Shown here: positions 49,641-62,377 of the stretch, piece after piece
How the letters are laid out: every line of letters starts with the position of its first letter
How positions within the stretch are numbered: position 1 is the first letter of the stretch
Source of the DNA: Podarcis bocagei
Lineage: Eukaryota
NCBI GenBank assembly: GCA_964188305.1
Contig: OZ076895.1
DNA length: 64,000 bases
Direction: 5' to 3' (one strand)
Notes under the pieces: generated by a model
The model's input: the letters and a program-made list of their open reading frames with translations, nothing else
What the model was told of the DNA's origin: nothing
The model's database searches: none
Position numbers and translations under genes: made by a program

Positions 49641-52600
49641 ACAGTACAGAAATGTGTACATTAAGGAAAATGCACTGTTAATGGCTGGTGTTTTTCACAC
49701 AGACTTTAAAAAAAATCACAGAAATGTGATGCAGATTGGAAAATGAAAAACCAAGAAAGACCAAAATGGACAAATTCATCCATCTGTAGTGGTATTTCAG
49801 TCAGTTCTGCCTTGCATATTATACAGCTCATGTGAGGGACCCCTCTGATGAGCTGGGGTTGCGAGGAGATAAAATAAGTGCCTGACTGCAGCATCATGTT
49901 GGAGTGCATGTGTTATTTATGGAAAAAAGATCAACATTCTTTGCCTTTATCAGTAGTGCTAGTGAGTAGCAACAGTGTGAGGTAATGCTCAGCCCAATGG
50001 CTATGGTGTTACCAGATAGAGAAGTGTGCCTGGCAGCCTGACTTGTTATTGTTGTCGTTCTTGCAATGCTGCGTCATGATCCTCATTCCAAAGCCAGCTA
50101 TTTATAATCTTCCCGCACTGTGTAAATAAAGCTGCAGCTCTTTCCTCCTGATAGATGCGATGAAACCCAGCTCCATTTAAGAGTGGGGCGGGCGGGAAAT
50201 GGGGCAGGAAATGGTTGCTAGTGTTTACTATTAGCCCTTCATAGTTTGTTATGCAAGAAAAACGGGGATTTCTAAAGGCCATTGTTTTTTAATCTGTGTG
50301 CATCCCTTTGTTCTCTCTCTGTATCCAGCTCCTCCTTCATCTGCCAAGTAGTTCCTTGGAACCTCCTCTCCTGTGGCTTGTAACTGTGCTCTCGGTTCTT
50401 GGCCTAAGCTGTGCAATGTTTCTGTACTTCAGTGAACCTGGGTTGCGGTTCAGCGATGCAAAGTATCCTTTCTCTTCCTCTCACTCCACTCCCATTTCCC
50501 TCCCTCTTTTTTTTTTTTTTTTTTTTTTTGTAGTTCTGGAAATGTGATTCCATTTTCTGGCCTCATGGGCCTTGAAATTAACTTCCAGATTTCTGTGAGA
50601 AGCTATCACTGAAGCATGGCTCGTCTGCTGTGTGCATAAACAAAGTTTAAAGAGACACGGGCACAGCCACAATCTCGTCGGAACCCAGGCACCACCACCA
50701 ACCCAGTGCGCACGTCGAGGGCTCCTTCTTGGAACATGCTCCATTGATTTCGATAGAGGGAGCCAATCCATGTGCATATAACTTTGCACACATGGGTTAG
50801 ATACTCTTCCGCTGAGATGAACAGGGGAGCTGGAGAAATAAAAGAGTTTTGTCTTTAAGAACACACAGGGTTCCCTGGGCGAATGAGACTGGCTGAAACT
50901 CTGACATCCAGTGACACCAATGGCAAGATTCCCCAGGATTTCAGCAGAGCTGAAGTCACACTCTGTTTGTAAGGTTTTGCATAGCTTCTTTTAAAAAATC
51001 AAACTCATTGGCTGTGTACACACCATGAGCCAAATTCAGTTTAATGGTTGGACTAGCTGGAGCAAACACAAGAAACCCTAATAGTGCAACAGGGATCCCT
51101 CTTGCACACACCCCAAATTGGGGTTTTTTTTGGGGGGGGGGGTCAGGAGAAACTCCAGAGTAGGGCACAGCATAGGGAAACCATTCCAACAGGCAAGCAG
51201 AAATGGCTTTTGCTGATTAAATTATCACCTTAGTCCAATGTTGAATTCCACCCTATACATTAAAAGTCAGCCCCCTCCCCAAAAATCTTGGGAACTGTAG
51301 TTTGTTAAAGGTGCTAGGAATGGTTCTGTGAATGGTAAACTGCAGTTCCCAGATCAGTTTTGAGGATGGGAATGTGCCTTAAATGTGCTTTAAATGTATG
51401 GTGTGTACTCAGCCATTGACTTTTAGGAGAAACTGGTTTTTAAGGCATTTTTTTAAAAAAGAAAGGTCATATTTGTCTTCAGTTTTCATGCTAGTTTGGG
51501 ATTTCTCTCTGTGTGGTCTAGATGTTTTGCAATTTGGTTTTGTCTAATGCAGATTTCTCCCACTGTTGTACATTTAAATCATGCTGAATAATACACACTA
51601 GGCTACCCCGTTCTCTTATTCTAAACCTCTGTATTGTTTATAATTTACCAACTGAAATGATAGAAGACATTGGACCCTGTTTTGAATTCCTCTTCACTCT
51701 TTAGAGGTCTGATGATAGAATACAGTCTGGTCTTTTTGAATAAACCAGCTTCTCAAGAGGAAAAGAAAGGGGTTTTTTTGGGGGGGGGAGCAGAGGGAGA
51801 ATGTGCAGATAATCATTCATAATGGTTGAACTTCGCAGCTGGGAAAACTATTACATTGCTTTGGAAAGTTTATATAAGAGCACTCGGAAAATGTGTTGTT
51901 TCTGTTCAAGGATCCCATTCATCTCTTCAAATCTTTTAGTCTGCATGCTATTTTACCTAATTCAAGCTAAAAAAAATATCCATCTTTGATACACAGTGGG
52001 TGGCTGCAAAGGAACATTTTATCCCATGACTGGCTTCAAATGTGCTTTAGTTAGTGCACATGGAACTATGTTGGAAACCAATCGCTTACATTGCCCTGTT
52101 ACATGACAAGGAGAATTTTGCAATGTCTGGTTTTCTACATTTTTCCATGTACTCTATCTCATGGATGGAGGTCATATAAGATGTGCAGGTAATCCCCTTA
52201 TTGTGATGAATGCATGCTAAGGCAAGAAGGCAAGTAACTATCACAGAGTTCGTGGTTATTTGCAGCTTCTCAAGAATCAGAGCAATGCAGAGTGTAAGTG
52301 AGGGGAGCTATCGTGACTTTTCATGTGATAGATTTTGCATTTATCTCTGGGCTGCCCTTCATTATCCCAATACAGGGTTAGCCAACATGATGTGCCCACC
52401 AGATGGATCACAGTTGCTTGGAAGTTTTAATGGGCTGGATACTGGCCAATAAACTGAGGCTAAACCTTGAAACAGCAAAGGTTTCAGTGCCCCAAGTTCT
52501 CACATCTGGGAGGTGAGGAAACAGCCTGTTTTCAAAGGAGCAGGTCTGCAGTCTGTGGGTACTCAACACTGTTGCTGGAGGTTCAGGTGGCTGGGAGAGC

Positions 52601-52967
52601 CTTTTTCCCGCTCTGGCCTCGTTTGGCTTGCCTCAGCCCTAACCACTATCAACCATAGCTTAAGTGGGCTTTGAAAGCTGCGTTTCCCACATCAAAAACC
52701 CTCCATTTTTGCTGTGGCCCCACAGTGGGTGCCATACAGCTTTTCAATACAGTCTTATTTATTTATTCGTTGATATCCCACAGTTTTCTCCACAGAGCTT
52801 AAGGTAGCATGCACGGTGCCCCCCCACCTCTTCATTTAATATCCACAAGAACCCTGTGAGGTAAGTTAGGGTGAGAGGCCCAAGGTCACCCAGAAAGCTT
52901 CATGGCCATGTAAGGATTTGAACCCTGGTCTCCCAGGTCCTAGTCTAACAGGCTAAACACTACACTA

Positions 52968-53193
52968 CAATGGGTACCTCAGGTTACTTACGCTTCAGGT
53001 TACATACGCTTCAGGTTACAGACTCCGCTAACCCAGAAATAGTACCTCAGGTTAAGAACTTTGCTTCAGGAAGAGAACAGGAACTGTGCTCCGGCGGCGC
53101 AGAAGCAGCGGGAGGCCCCATTAGCTAAAGTGGTGCTTCAGGTTAAGAACGGACCTCCGGAACGAATTAAGTACTTAACCCGAGGTACCACTG
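52968..53193. mobile_element. Tigger/pogo-like MITE
   Basis: caatgggtacctcaggtta...taacccgaggtaccactg with TA TSD; same family as 30032-30257. Confidence 0.9.
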
Positions 53194-54760
53194 TATACTG
53201 TAACAGAGGTGTGGAATCTGTGGCCTTCCAGACACTCCAACCCCCATCAGTCCCAGGCTGCCTGGTCAATGGACATGGATGATGGAAGTTGTAATTCAGC
53301 AATGCCACATGTTCCACACCCTGGCCATACAACAATGTTTGAAAACCTTAGCTAGCAGTGAGTATCAAAGCTTTTTAACACACAGCCATTTAAATTTCTG
53401 CCAGAATATGAAAGTGGACATTTCCTTCCATCTACAGATGCTGCTGAAGAATACATCAAGGAAAACTATAAAAAAGGTCACAGCTGTCAACCTCACACCA
53501 TTTATCTCCCCGCTTTTGGTTTATTTGCAGTTGGATATTTTATTTCCTTCTCTGTCATCCATTAGGTAGTTAAGCACTTTAGGATGCTCGCACACTGTTT
53601 ACATAAAGCTCAGCCTAGCTGCAACTTAGGGTACTGTTAAAAAAACCTCCTCTGATTTAACACCCCTAACAAAGAAACCAGCTTTACATTTTTTGCCTCT
53701 GACTGAAACTGTTTAAAACAGAATGATGCTATATCATCCCTGGCAATGTGTGAATTTATTCAGCTGTCAAAATGCTCCCATAAAGCTGTTGGTGAGTGAA
53801 AATCTTTTCTATTTTATATATCATGTAAGGCTAAATATTTCAGTAGAATGTCAGACAGATCTTCATTTTTTAAAAGTCCATTTTAAGCTTCAAGTCTTTT
53901 ACATGATAATATACTTTTTGCTGTTCACCCCAACTTTGTGGTCAGAGACATCACCAGAATATTTTCTTCTAATGCACAGAGGTTGTTAGGAAGTGTCCGA
54001 GGGGGAATTTGAGGTCCCAATCCTGATTGCCTGCATTGTACAATTTGTGCATTGTCTATGTACAAAACAGAACACATACAGCAATCAAAAGAATCTCAAG
54101 CCAATATATAAAACAGAAATGAAATACAATACAATGGGTTGTATTCCAACTAAATCACTTTTGACAGTGGGATAGAACTTCCCTTCCCTTTTCTCTACAA
54201 ATAAGTAGGTTCCTTCAGGGGGTGTGCAGACCACCTGAGAACAGGTTGTACATCTAATTCCTGGACCCTGGAACCACCTCCTATAGCATCTCCATCTTAT
54301 CAGAATTCTGTACCCTGTACACATTACTTGGCGGGAGAATGGCATTGCAAAATTCAGAGAAACGGGAATTTTGAAGGATGGCTGGGTTTCAGACTGCATA
54401 TTGTTTCTGCAGATTTGTTAGGTTTGCCTTTAGATGTGAACTGAATCAAATCACTCTCCCATCCCTACATAGAAAACCAGTAGATTAGGGAGAAAGCTAG
54501 GTGAGAACGTTTCTCCCTGAAAGCTAATTGTCTTATTTGCTTTTATTCATAGTGGGGATCATTCTATGCAGCCATCAGAAGCCGTACAAGCCGTACAAAT
54601 GTTAGGATGATGACCTGCTTGTCTAGAGAGCCTCTGAGATATCAATATTACAGATTCATCGTGTTCACCATGTCACTGTCACTCTGTGGGCATAATTCTT
54701 CTTTGTACCATAATGTGCAACCAAGGGTGCTGTCAGTGACTCTCAGTTGGTTGCCCAGGA

Positions 54761-55013
54761 AGAGCCAGTGTGGTGTAGTGGTTAAGAGCGGTAGTCTCGT
54801 AATCTGGGGAACTGGGTTCGCGACTCCACTCCTCCACATGCAGCTGCTGGGTGACCTTGGGCCAGTCACACTTCTCTGAAGTCTCTCAGCCCCACTCACC
54901 TCACAGAGTGTTTGTTGTGGGGGAGGAAGGGAAAGGAGAATGTTAGCCTCTTTGAGACTCCTTAAAGGGAGTGAAAGGCGGGATATCAAATCCAAACTAC
55001 TCTTCTTCTTCTT
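54761..55013 (+). mobile_element. tRNA/CORE SINE (Squam3-like)
   Basis: A box tggtgtagtgg, B-box-like ggttcgcgactcc, CORE gggtgaccttgggccagtcac and (ctt)n tail. caggaa direct repeat at both flanks. Confidence 0.9.
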
Positions 55014-55566
55014 CAGGAATGTACAAAGACAAGGGAATGTTTCTTACCGTCCGCGTTTTAGTCAGTATTTACAGAGAGGGGCTATAGAACCCAGCTTGTC
55101 CTGAGTGAATCTCCACACACCCCATCTCCCCTACGGGTGCTGCTATGCACCCTCTGTCTTTGAGATCTTTGCTCTTCTACTTTCAAGGCTCACTGGGTTC
55201 TGGGTGGGTGGGGCTCTGGAATGCTTTCTAAAGACACTGTGCCCATCAGTTGTTGCCCCCTGGTGCTTCCTCTTCCTCTCTCAATATTTCCCAACTTTCC
55301 CCCTCATCTGCCTGTAACCTCCCTCAAACCCCTGTTGTAAATCTAAACTGTCTTCCTCTTCCTCCTCCCTGGAAGGGTCAAGCTTGGAAGGTGGTCTCCA
55401 CCATTCCTTCTCTGCCCAGTCCCTGACAGGTGCCATTCTCACCCTCAGAATTGTGGGTGCCTGTCACTGTAACGCAGATTTGCAACGTCCCACGCACATG
55501 GCTGCATGTACATCGTACGCACGATGCACAACGTTGTGTTGTGTTTTTTTGGGGGGGGGCTCCACT

Positions 55567-55818
55567 GAGAGCCAGTGTGGTGTAGTGGTTAAGAGCGGTA
55601 GACTCGTAATCTGGTGAACTGGGTTCGCGTCTCCGCTCCTCCACATGCAGCTGCTGGGTGACCTTGGGCCAGTCACACTTCTTTGAAGTCTTTCAGCCCT
55701 ACTCACCTCACAGAGTGTTTGTTGTGGGGGAGAAAGGGAAAGGAGAATGTTAGCCGCTTTGAGACTCCTTTGGGTAGTGATAAAGCGGGATATCAAATCC
55801 AAACTCCTCCTCCTCTTC
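55567..55818 (+). mobile_element. tRNA/CORE SINE (Squam3-like)
   Basis: Near-identical to 54761-55013. Confidence 0.9.
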
Positions 55819-55986
55819 CCCCTCCTCTCTGCAGCCAGCAAGTCACCCTTTTCTGTGGGGAGGGGCTTGGACTCAGAGACAGAGAGATTCTGCCTCCACA
55901 TCTGAGAGTGCCTCACTGGCTGGATGCCTCTCTCCAATTTTGCTCATTGACTTTGTGGGTGCCCAGTCCCCAAAATTATATTATTG

Positions 55987-56240
55987 TGCCAACCTAGCAG
56001 TTTGAAAGCACATCAAAGTGCAAGCAGATAAATAGGTACCACTCCGGCGGGAAGGTAAACGGCATTTCCGTGCGCTGCTCTGGTTCGCCAGAAGCAGCTT
56101 AGTCATGCTGGCCACATGACCCAGAAGCTGTCTGCGGACAAACGCCGGCTCCCTCGGCCTATAAAGTGAGATGAGCGCCGCAACCCCAGAGTCGGTCACG
56201 ACTGGACCTAATGGTCAGGGGCCCCTTTACCTTTACCTTT
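55987..56240 (+). mobile_element. Sauria SINE, 5'-truncated
   Basis: Starts at tgccaacctagcagtt and ends with (ccttta)n. Confidence 0.92.
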
Positions 56241-57953
56241 AAGCACCCACGGCCCCCTGGAGTTGGCTCCTATGTGTGCAACTGTATTAGATGTTTCCCC
56301 AGCACTTTGGATAGATGAGCTTGCGCAGGGTTTATTTTTCTGTAATTGATTCCATACGTGCGAGATGGGAATTGCATCTGTCATATTTATTCTAGTTCTT
56401 AATACATGTGTGTACTGTGACTAGCCAAAAGCCTCATATATTACAGTTTAGAGATTATTACATTTCCCCCGAGCCACCATCAAGAAGTGTAGCACTGCCT
56501 CATTTTCCTGTTTTGGTGTTTTTATTTGTCCAAGCACTGATCTCCTAAGCACGCACATGACTTTCCTTTCCCAAATCTAAAGCTAGGCATTTACTGTTTA
56601 TGTATGATGCACGCAGACTTCATTCCTATTGTGACTTTAAAAAATCAAAAAATCTCTGTGATGGGAAAGTCAGGATGAAACTTGATTCATAGAATGCAGA
56701 AATCATAATCCTGTGGATGATGTCGAGTCCTGCATATAAATGAGGCTTTGAGAAATTTTAAATGAGACTTACAGCTAGGTACATCATAGTTCCAAATATA
56801 TTTCTTTATGCAATTCTAAAGGAATATATAGGTGCATAGGAAACTGCCTTATACTGACTCTGTTGATGGCAAGGAAAAAGCAGGTATAAAAAAAGAATTT
56901 CCTGGATGCCAAGATCCAGGTTTGGGGCAAGTAATCTTTGGTGAGTGAACCCACAAAATTTGCAGCAATGTGGAAATACAGGCTGCTAGACCTTTAAAAT
57001 ATGTACTTTTGAGTTCCAAAGTTCCCCTCTTCCCCTAGCATAGAAAAAGGCCACACATTTGGTAGGTTAAAAATGGTTTACTTACAAACTCTCCAAAGGT
57101 CAGGTTCATGTGGTTTTCCATAAAGCATAGTTATGCTTCTGTGCCAGGGAAAAACTTGTGTCCTCTTGCATGCAAACAGATGCTCCTCCACTGGGCTACA
57201 GTCTTTCTCCATAGAGTGGCAAAGCTTATGGTATACTTCAAAGTTTGGTGAATGACACCATTTCAAGAACTAGGACTGGCAGTTGTGGTGTGATCAGCAG
57301 CAGAACAGCTTAGGGTTTCTCCCTTGTGCCCTATGGCTCATGCAGATGTGCAATTGGAGGCTTTTAAATGGCTGCATCTCCAACAGATGAGAGAAGTGTT
57401 GAAATACGTGACATCTGCTATATATTTCTTCTTTGTTTTTGTTTTCTGGAGAAATTGATCTCTTGAAAATGGTCTTACGCAATCAATTGGTGTAGTTGGC
57501 TATTGGTTTTCATTTCAGACCAATATAAATGCAAGCGAATAACTGATATTGGAGAGTTCTTTATTTCATTCTCCAAAGGCATAAATGGTTCCAGTTAGTA
57601 GAAGGAAAAGTAATTAAAAAAGAAATTAACTTTTGAAACCAGTTATAAGGGTCTTTGGGGTGGGAGTGGTGGTGGGGGTAGGGATACTTTATTTAAGGGA
57701 ACTTTGAAATAACCTCACAAATTCCTTTCTAAAAGATGTAGCACCATCAATTATTGGAGGAGAATCTCATGGCATGCCATTCAAGTTACAAAACAATTGC
57801 TGTTATTATTATTAATTACATTTTTATCCTTCTCCACCTCCCAAATGAACCCAAACCAACATCTTTTGTGTGCCCAGTTTGCATCTTCTGCATCATAACT
57901 CTACAATTCTATGTTTCTATAATCTGCTGTACACTACTGTGGATAGCTCCAGG

Positions 57954-58119
57954 CATGGGCATAAGCCAGGATTTTTGTTGGAATGCCAGGCCTTTTGTTA
58001 GGGGGGCAGGCCCTTTGTTGGGGGGGCAGAACCTCAGTTAGCTACGTATTTTTATTGATTTTTATTGATTTAGGAGGGCAGCTGCATCTCCCGCCCTCCC
58101 CCCCTTGGCTACTACCATG
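57954..58119. mobile_element. hAT-type MITE
   Basis: catgggcataagcc...ggctactaccatg. 8-bp TSD gctccagg/gttccagg. Confidence 0.72.
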
Positions 58120-58167
58120 GTTCCAGGTCCATCATGCTTTTGTATGAGGGGTGGGAACCTCAGGCCT

Positions 58168-58661
58168 TGTAATGATCTCAGGCAGGCAAGAGAGCCCCGA
58201 TAAGAATTATTTACAAATTACATCCAGAGCGCGGCTCCGAGCCTGCCACTCTTTTGCTATGAGTTGGTCACTCTTGAGTCTCTGCCCCTGTCGCAACACG
58301 TAGGGCGCCAAAGTCCAGTCCTTCTTCTCTTGCACTTCCGTAGCATCTTAGCCCTTTCAGTCCTTCTGGTTTGGGGAGAAGGGGGTAAACTTCCACCCGC
58401 TTTCACACGACACTTCCTCTGAACGCTGTCTCTCTCCTGGTTGCCTAGCAACCCCCTCAATGTCTTCTGTCTCCTCCCCTCCCTCTGCCTGTGAGCTCTC
58501 CAAGTCTGGGAACTCTTGATAAAGGGGATCAACACTCCTGTCCTGTCTGTGGCTGTGATCTCTTGCTTCCAGGGTCAGACTCTGGCTCTCTTTGTTCTGG
58601 CAATCCTTCATCTCCAGTCTTAGACTCTTCCCAGGCGTTCGATTCAGTCACGTCCCCGACA
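58168..58661 (-). mobile_element. Solo LTR (gypsy-like) inserted in a hAT remnant
   Basis: TGT...ACA ends. Perfect 5-bp TSD ggcct at 58163-58167 and 58662-58666. Confidence 0.78.
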
Positions 58662-59851
58662 GGCCTCCAGAACTCTCAATCTGGCCCTCAAGACTCTCCC
58701 CAGGCCACCACCCTCTCATCAGCCACACCTTTGCTGACCCTGTTCTGTCCACCCTTGCCTCCTCTGAGTGGTTTTGCCAGGCTGACTCTGCCCTTGAACT
58801 GTGATAAAAGTGTTGCTGCCATTGCTCCACCCACTTTAGCTGCTGGCTACACCTCCTCCTTCCTATGGAATTCTGGGAATTGTAGCCCCGTGAGGCAAAC
58901 AGGGGTCTTCTAACAACTCACAGCACCTTTAACAAACTATAGACCCCAGGATTCTTTGGAGGAAGCCAAGACTGCTGAAAGTGGTACGATATTGCTTTCG
59001 ACATATAGCACAGATGGGCCTTAGAATGTCATTTTTTTTTGCACACTCACCCAAAAGGGAGAAGGAGAACATTTTCAACCAACCTCTCTATAGTCAATGC
59101 CGCAGAGCCTCATCTTGTAAGAAAAAGGGGATGGGTGAGGAAGAGCAGAAAGCAAACATTCTAAAGAAAAATCCAGGCAGATGCCACCATGACTGAACAG
59201 CTCCAAAACAGGCACAGGTGGAAGATAAGAAATAGTGTTTGTATTCTGGGCTCTTTGGTGAACAGATGCTAGGAAGTCACAAGACAAAAATGAGCTTGTA
59301 TGAGTCATCCACCCTCCTGACTAGAAGCTGAAGCCAGAAGCAGCAGAGCAGATAAACTCCAGAATTTTTGCACCATGAGAAAATATACACTAGGGGAGAA
59401 CTGAATTTTTAATTGAGTTTGGATTTCAGGTCTAACCATGGAATTTTGATGGAGAGATTGTTGTTCAAAACACGGAGTATGTTGCCAAAAATGTTCCAAA
59501 TAGTTTTTTAAACTATGCCCCACTTCAGCTCAAGTTAGTTTTAATAAACATTTATTGGGAATGAGTTATGACTTCCTTAAGTTGGGGTGGAAACTTCTTT
59601 AAACTGTTGGTGGCTGTCTTGCCCTTCCCCTCAGTTTTATTCTTTGGAAGATGGGATACATACTTATAATAATATATTGGTATATATGTGCATATAATAC
59701 ATGACAGAATTTTTGTAATGGTGCTAGAACTAAGAATTGCAAACATTACCATTAATATGGCAAAAGAAAAAGGATGGTAATGATTTCATGCAACTTTAAA
59801 TACTGCTTTATAGGTTAGGTACACACTACTCATTTAAAACCACATGCCTTC

Positions 59852-60362
59852 TGTGGCAATCACACAGGGTTCCCGGACGTTTCACCATCTATTGATCCCT
59901 GTGCCACCATTTTATTTCTCGCTGCCAACACCCAGGCCCTACCTGGGACAATACTGAGTCCAGTCAGGGTTAAATTGAAACAAACTTTTGTTTATTTATT
60001 GCAGTTTAACAAGCGTGTGGTTTCATAAATGGTATCAGTCAATTACAATCATGGGGTGCCTATCCAGACCTATAACTTCCGCTACCTGCTCTCACTCACT
60101 AAACCACCTGTCAGATATTTACTTGTCTTCCTAGCTCCTAACTGTTCCTGACTCAGCTTATTTCGCTACACTAACTCACCTTACCCACAGACTCTATCCC
60201 CATTCACTCCCACTCCAACCGACCACCGAACTCCCAACAAACTCCTCCCTTTGCCCCTCCCAGAGCTGGTTTTATAGTCCCTCTGACTCCACCCCCCTGG
60301 GTTCTGATTGGGTAACCTGTTCAACTATTTCACCTCCAGCACTCTCATATGTCAACGTCACA
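59852..60362 (-). mobile_element. Solo LTR (gypsy-like) inserted in a palindromic MITE
   Basis: Ends tgtggc...cgtcaca. On the minus strand: CCAAT (attgg on +), TATAAAA (ttttata) and AATAAA (tttatt). Degenerate 5-bp TSD ccttc/gcttg. Confidence 0.72.
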
Positions 60363-60396
60363 GCTTGCCCCAAGGAATCCTGGACTGTAGCTGGTT

Positions 60397-60543
60397 CTGG
60401 AATAGCTCAGTTGGTTAGAGCATGGTACTGAAAACACCAAGATTGCAGGTTTGATCCTCATGAAGGACAGCTGCACATTCCTGCCTTGCAAGGAGTTATA
60501 CTAGATGATCCTCAGGGTCCCTTCCCATTCTATTATTCCGATC
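60397..60543 (+). mobile_element. tRNA(Ile)-derived SINE with CR1-type tail
   Basis: Head tagctcagttggttagagcatggtactgaaaacaccaagattgcaggtttgatcc, then ctagatgatcctcagggtcccttcc...ttcta. Confidence 0.8.
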
Positions 60544-60809
60544 AATTGATTCTTTTTTTTAAAAAAAAAAGTTTTCATTTTTAACTATTATCATCATACT
60601 TAAATCATAATCATTTTACAAACAGGATTCTCAGAATCCCAATACTTCCCTCCACCTGTCCATGGTTTCTCTAAATATTCTTTTCAAACTGCATCATATC
60701 ATATCCTCTGCATTTTCTCAAAACTCAGTTGTAACCATAATTCTCGCTTCGTTGCAAGTGTTTTTTTTTTTTTTTTTTTTTTTACAATCCTGCCAATGTT
60801 TTTAATTGT

Positions 60810-60950
60810 AGATAGGTAGCCGTGTTGGTCTGCCATAGTCAAAATAAAAAAATTCCTTCTAGTAGCACCTTAAAGACCAACTAAGTTAGTTCTTGGTATG
60901 AGCTTTCGTGTGCATGCACACTTCTTCAGATACCAGGTGCTACTAGAAGG
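60810..60950. mobile_element. Penelope-like element terminal (pLTR) fragment
   Basis: aggtagccgtgttggtctg...agtagcaccttaaagaccaactaa...gagctttcgtgtgcatgcacacttcttcagatac. 19-bp internal inverted repeat at 60852-60870 and 60935-60953. 15-bp TSD aatgtttttaattgt at 60795-60809 and 60951-60965. Confidence 0.85.
60894..60935 (-). ncRNA. Minimal type I hammerhead ribozyme motif (Penelope-associated)
   Basis: Minus strand UGGUAU-CUGAAGA-A-GUGUGC AU GCACAC-GAAA-GC-UC-AUACCA. It has a 6-bp stem I, the CUGANGA box, palindromic stem II, the GAAA box, a minimal palindromic stem III (AGCU) and a UC cleavage site. Confidence 0.8.
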
Positions 60951-62377
60951 AATGTTTTTAATTGTTTACAGTGTTCTTTCAAGTAACTTATAAAATTTCC
61001 CCATTCTTTATTAAATTTATTGTCCTCTTGATCTCTGATTTTCTCAGTCATTTTCGCCATTTCGGCATAGTCCATCAACCATTCTTCTTTTGTAGGTAAT
61101 TTATTCTCCTTCCATCTTTGGGCAAGTAGCATCTGCGCAAATGTTGTAGCATACATAAATAGTCTCTTCTGATCCTTCGGTATTTCTGGACCTAGAATTC
61201 CTAGTAAGAAAGCTTCAGGTTTTTTCACAAAAGCAATTTTAAACATTTTTTTCAACTTGTTATAGATCATTTCCCAATATACCTTTGTTTTCTTGTCTGT
61301 CCACCACATGTGGAAAAATGTGCCTTCTTTCTCCTCAAGGGTTCTGGGATCTATAAAATGGTGAGGGAGAAGCTAAAGTCCCCAGGACTATAGGGGACGG
61401 GGAAGGCATTTGCTGTGTTTTGGGTTGTGTATTGTTTCCGGGAGGGCGAATTAGGTAGGTTCACCATTCACTGGGAGCTAGTGGTGCTGGCTTGGTCCCA
61501 CGAATGTGGGTGCCCCAGGCCCTGCACCATCAACGGGGCACATGCGCACTGCATGGGGCATGCTTGCTACATCATCATGCCCCGCCCGGCATGTGCATGC
61601 TACAATGCATATGATGATGGGACAATGAGCAAGTGGTGATCCTACAGCAGTGAAGGAACACCCAGTGATTGTTCCGGCACTAAACCATCAGCAAAATGCT
61701 AGCACAAACACCCTCCAAGACGTTCCTTTCAAGTCATTTGTATGACACACACAGGCTGGTCTCTTACTGTCTTATTTATTTTTCGCTTTTATCAACGATG
61801 TTTGTTCTGTAACATCTGTTTTCTGCAGTAAATGAATGCTTGGAAGTTGCACAACGCTCAGAGGCCAAACTCCCACCCTGTCCTTCAAGGCAAGATTTCA
61901 TGCACCTGCTGGAGAAAGTTCAAACAAACAGAATCTTGTGGGAGGGCAGAAATCTCTAACTTTGAATGAATTCCACTGCCGATGAGTCAGGAGCAACAGG
62001 CTTGTTATGCAGCCTCACGGATCTTGTACGTTTCTCAGGCCATTAACTGAAGAGAGATAAGACACACAGCAAGAAGTGGATGTAAAATAACCATCATATG
62101 AAGGGGGTTTTCTTCAAGCTGCAGCTGTAATTGCATTTGCTAAGGGAGTGGCTGGTTATTTGTCAGAGAGAACACCCAGAATTTTCCTTCCTGGAATCAT
62201 AGAAATGGAAGGAACCACAAAGATCATCCAGCCCAACTCCCTTGTCAGTGCAGGAAACCTACTACTACAGGATCTCTGATAAGTAGACTTCCAACCTCTG
62301 CTGATTTACCTGCAATGAAGGCGAGTCCATCACCTTGAGTTAGGCCCATCTGCATGACACATTTAAAGCTGTACCAT

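Larger units (their letters stand above)
60552..61335 (-). mobile_element. L1/Tx1-clade LINE 3' end
   Basis: Minus ORF 60926-61309 (HMWW...YWEMIYNKLKKMFK...PEAFLLGI...LLAQRWK...PTKEEW) is typical of the ORF2 C-terminus after the Zn knuckle. T-rich (poly-A on the minus strand) 3' end. Confidence 0.75.

Noticed and set aside
58257-58913. Acidic/Ser-Pro-rich ORFs
   Set aside because: They overlap a solo LTR and flanking MITE sequence; low-complexity artefacts.
60397-60470. tRNA-Ile gene
   Set aside because: The acceptor stem and anticodon arm are degenerate and it continues into a CR1-type tail, so it is a SINE head.
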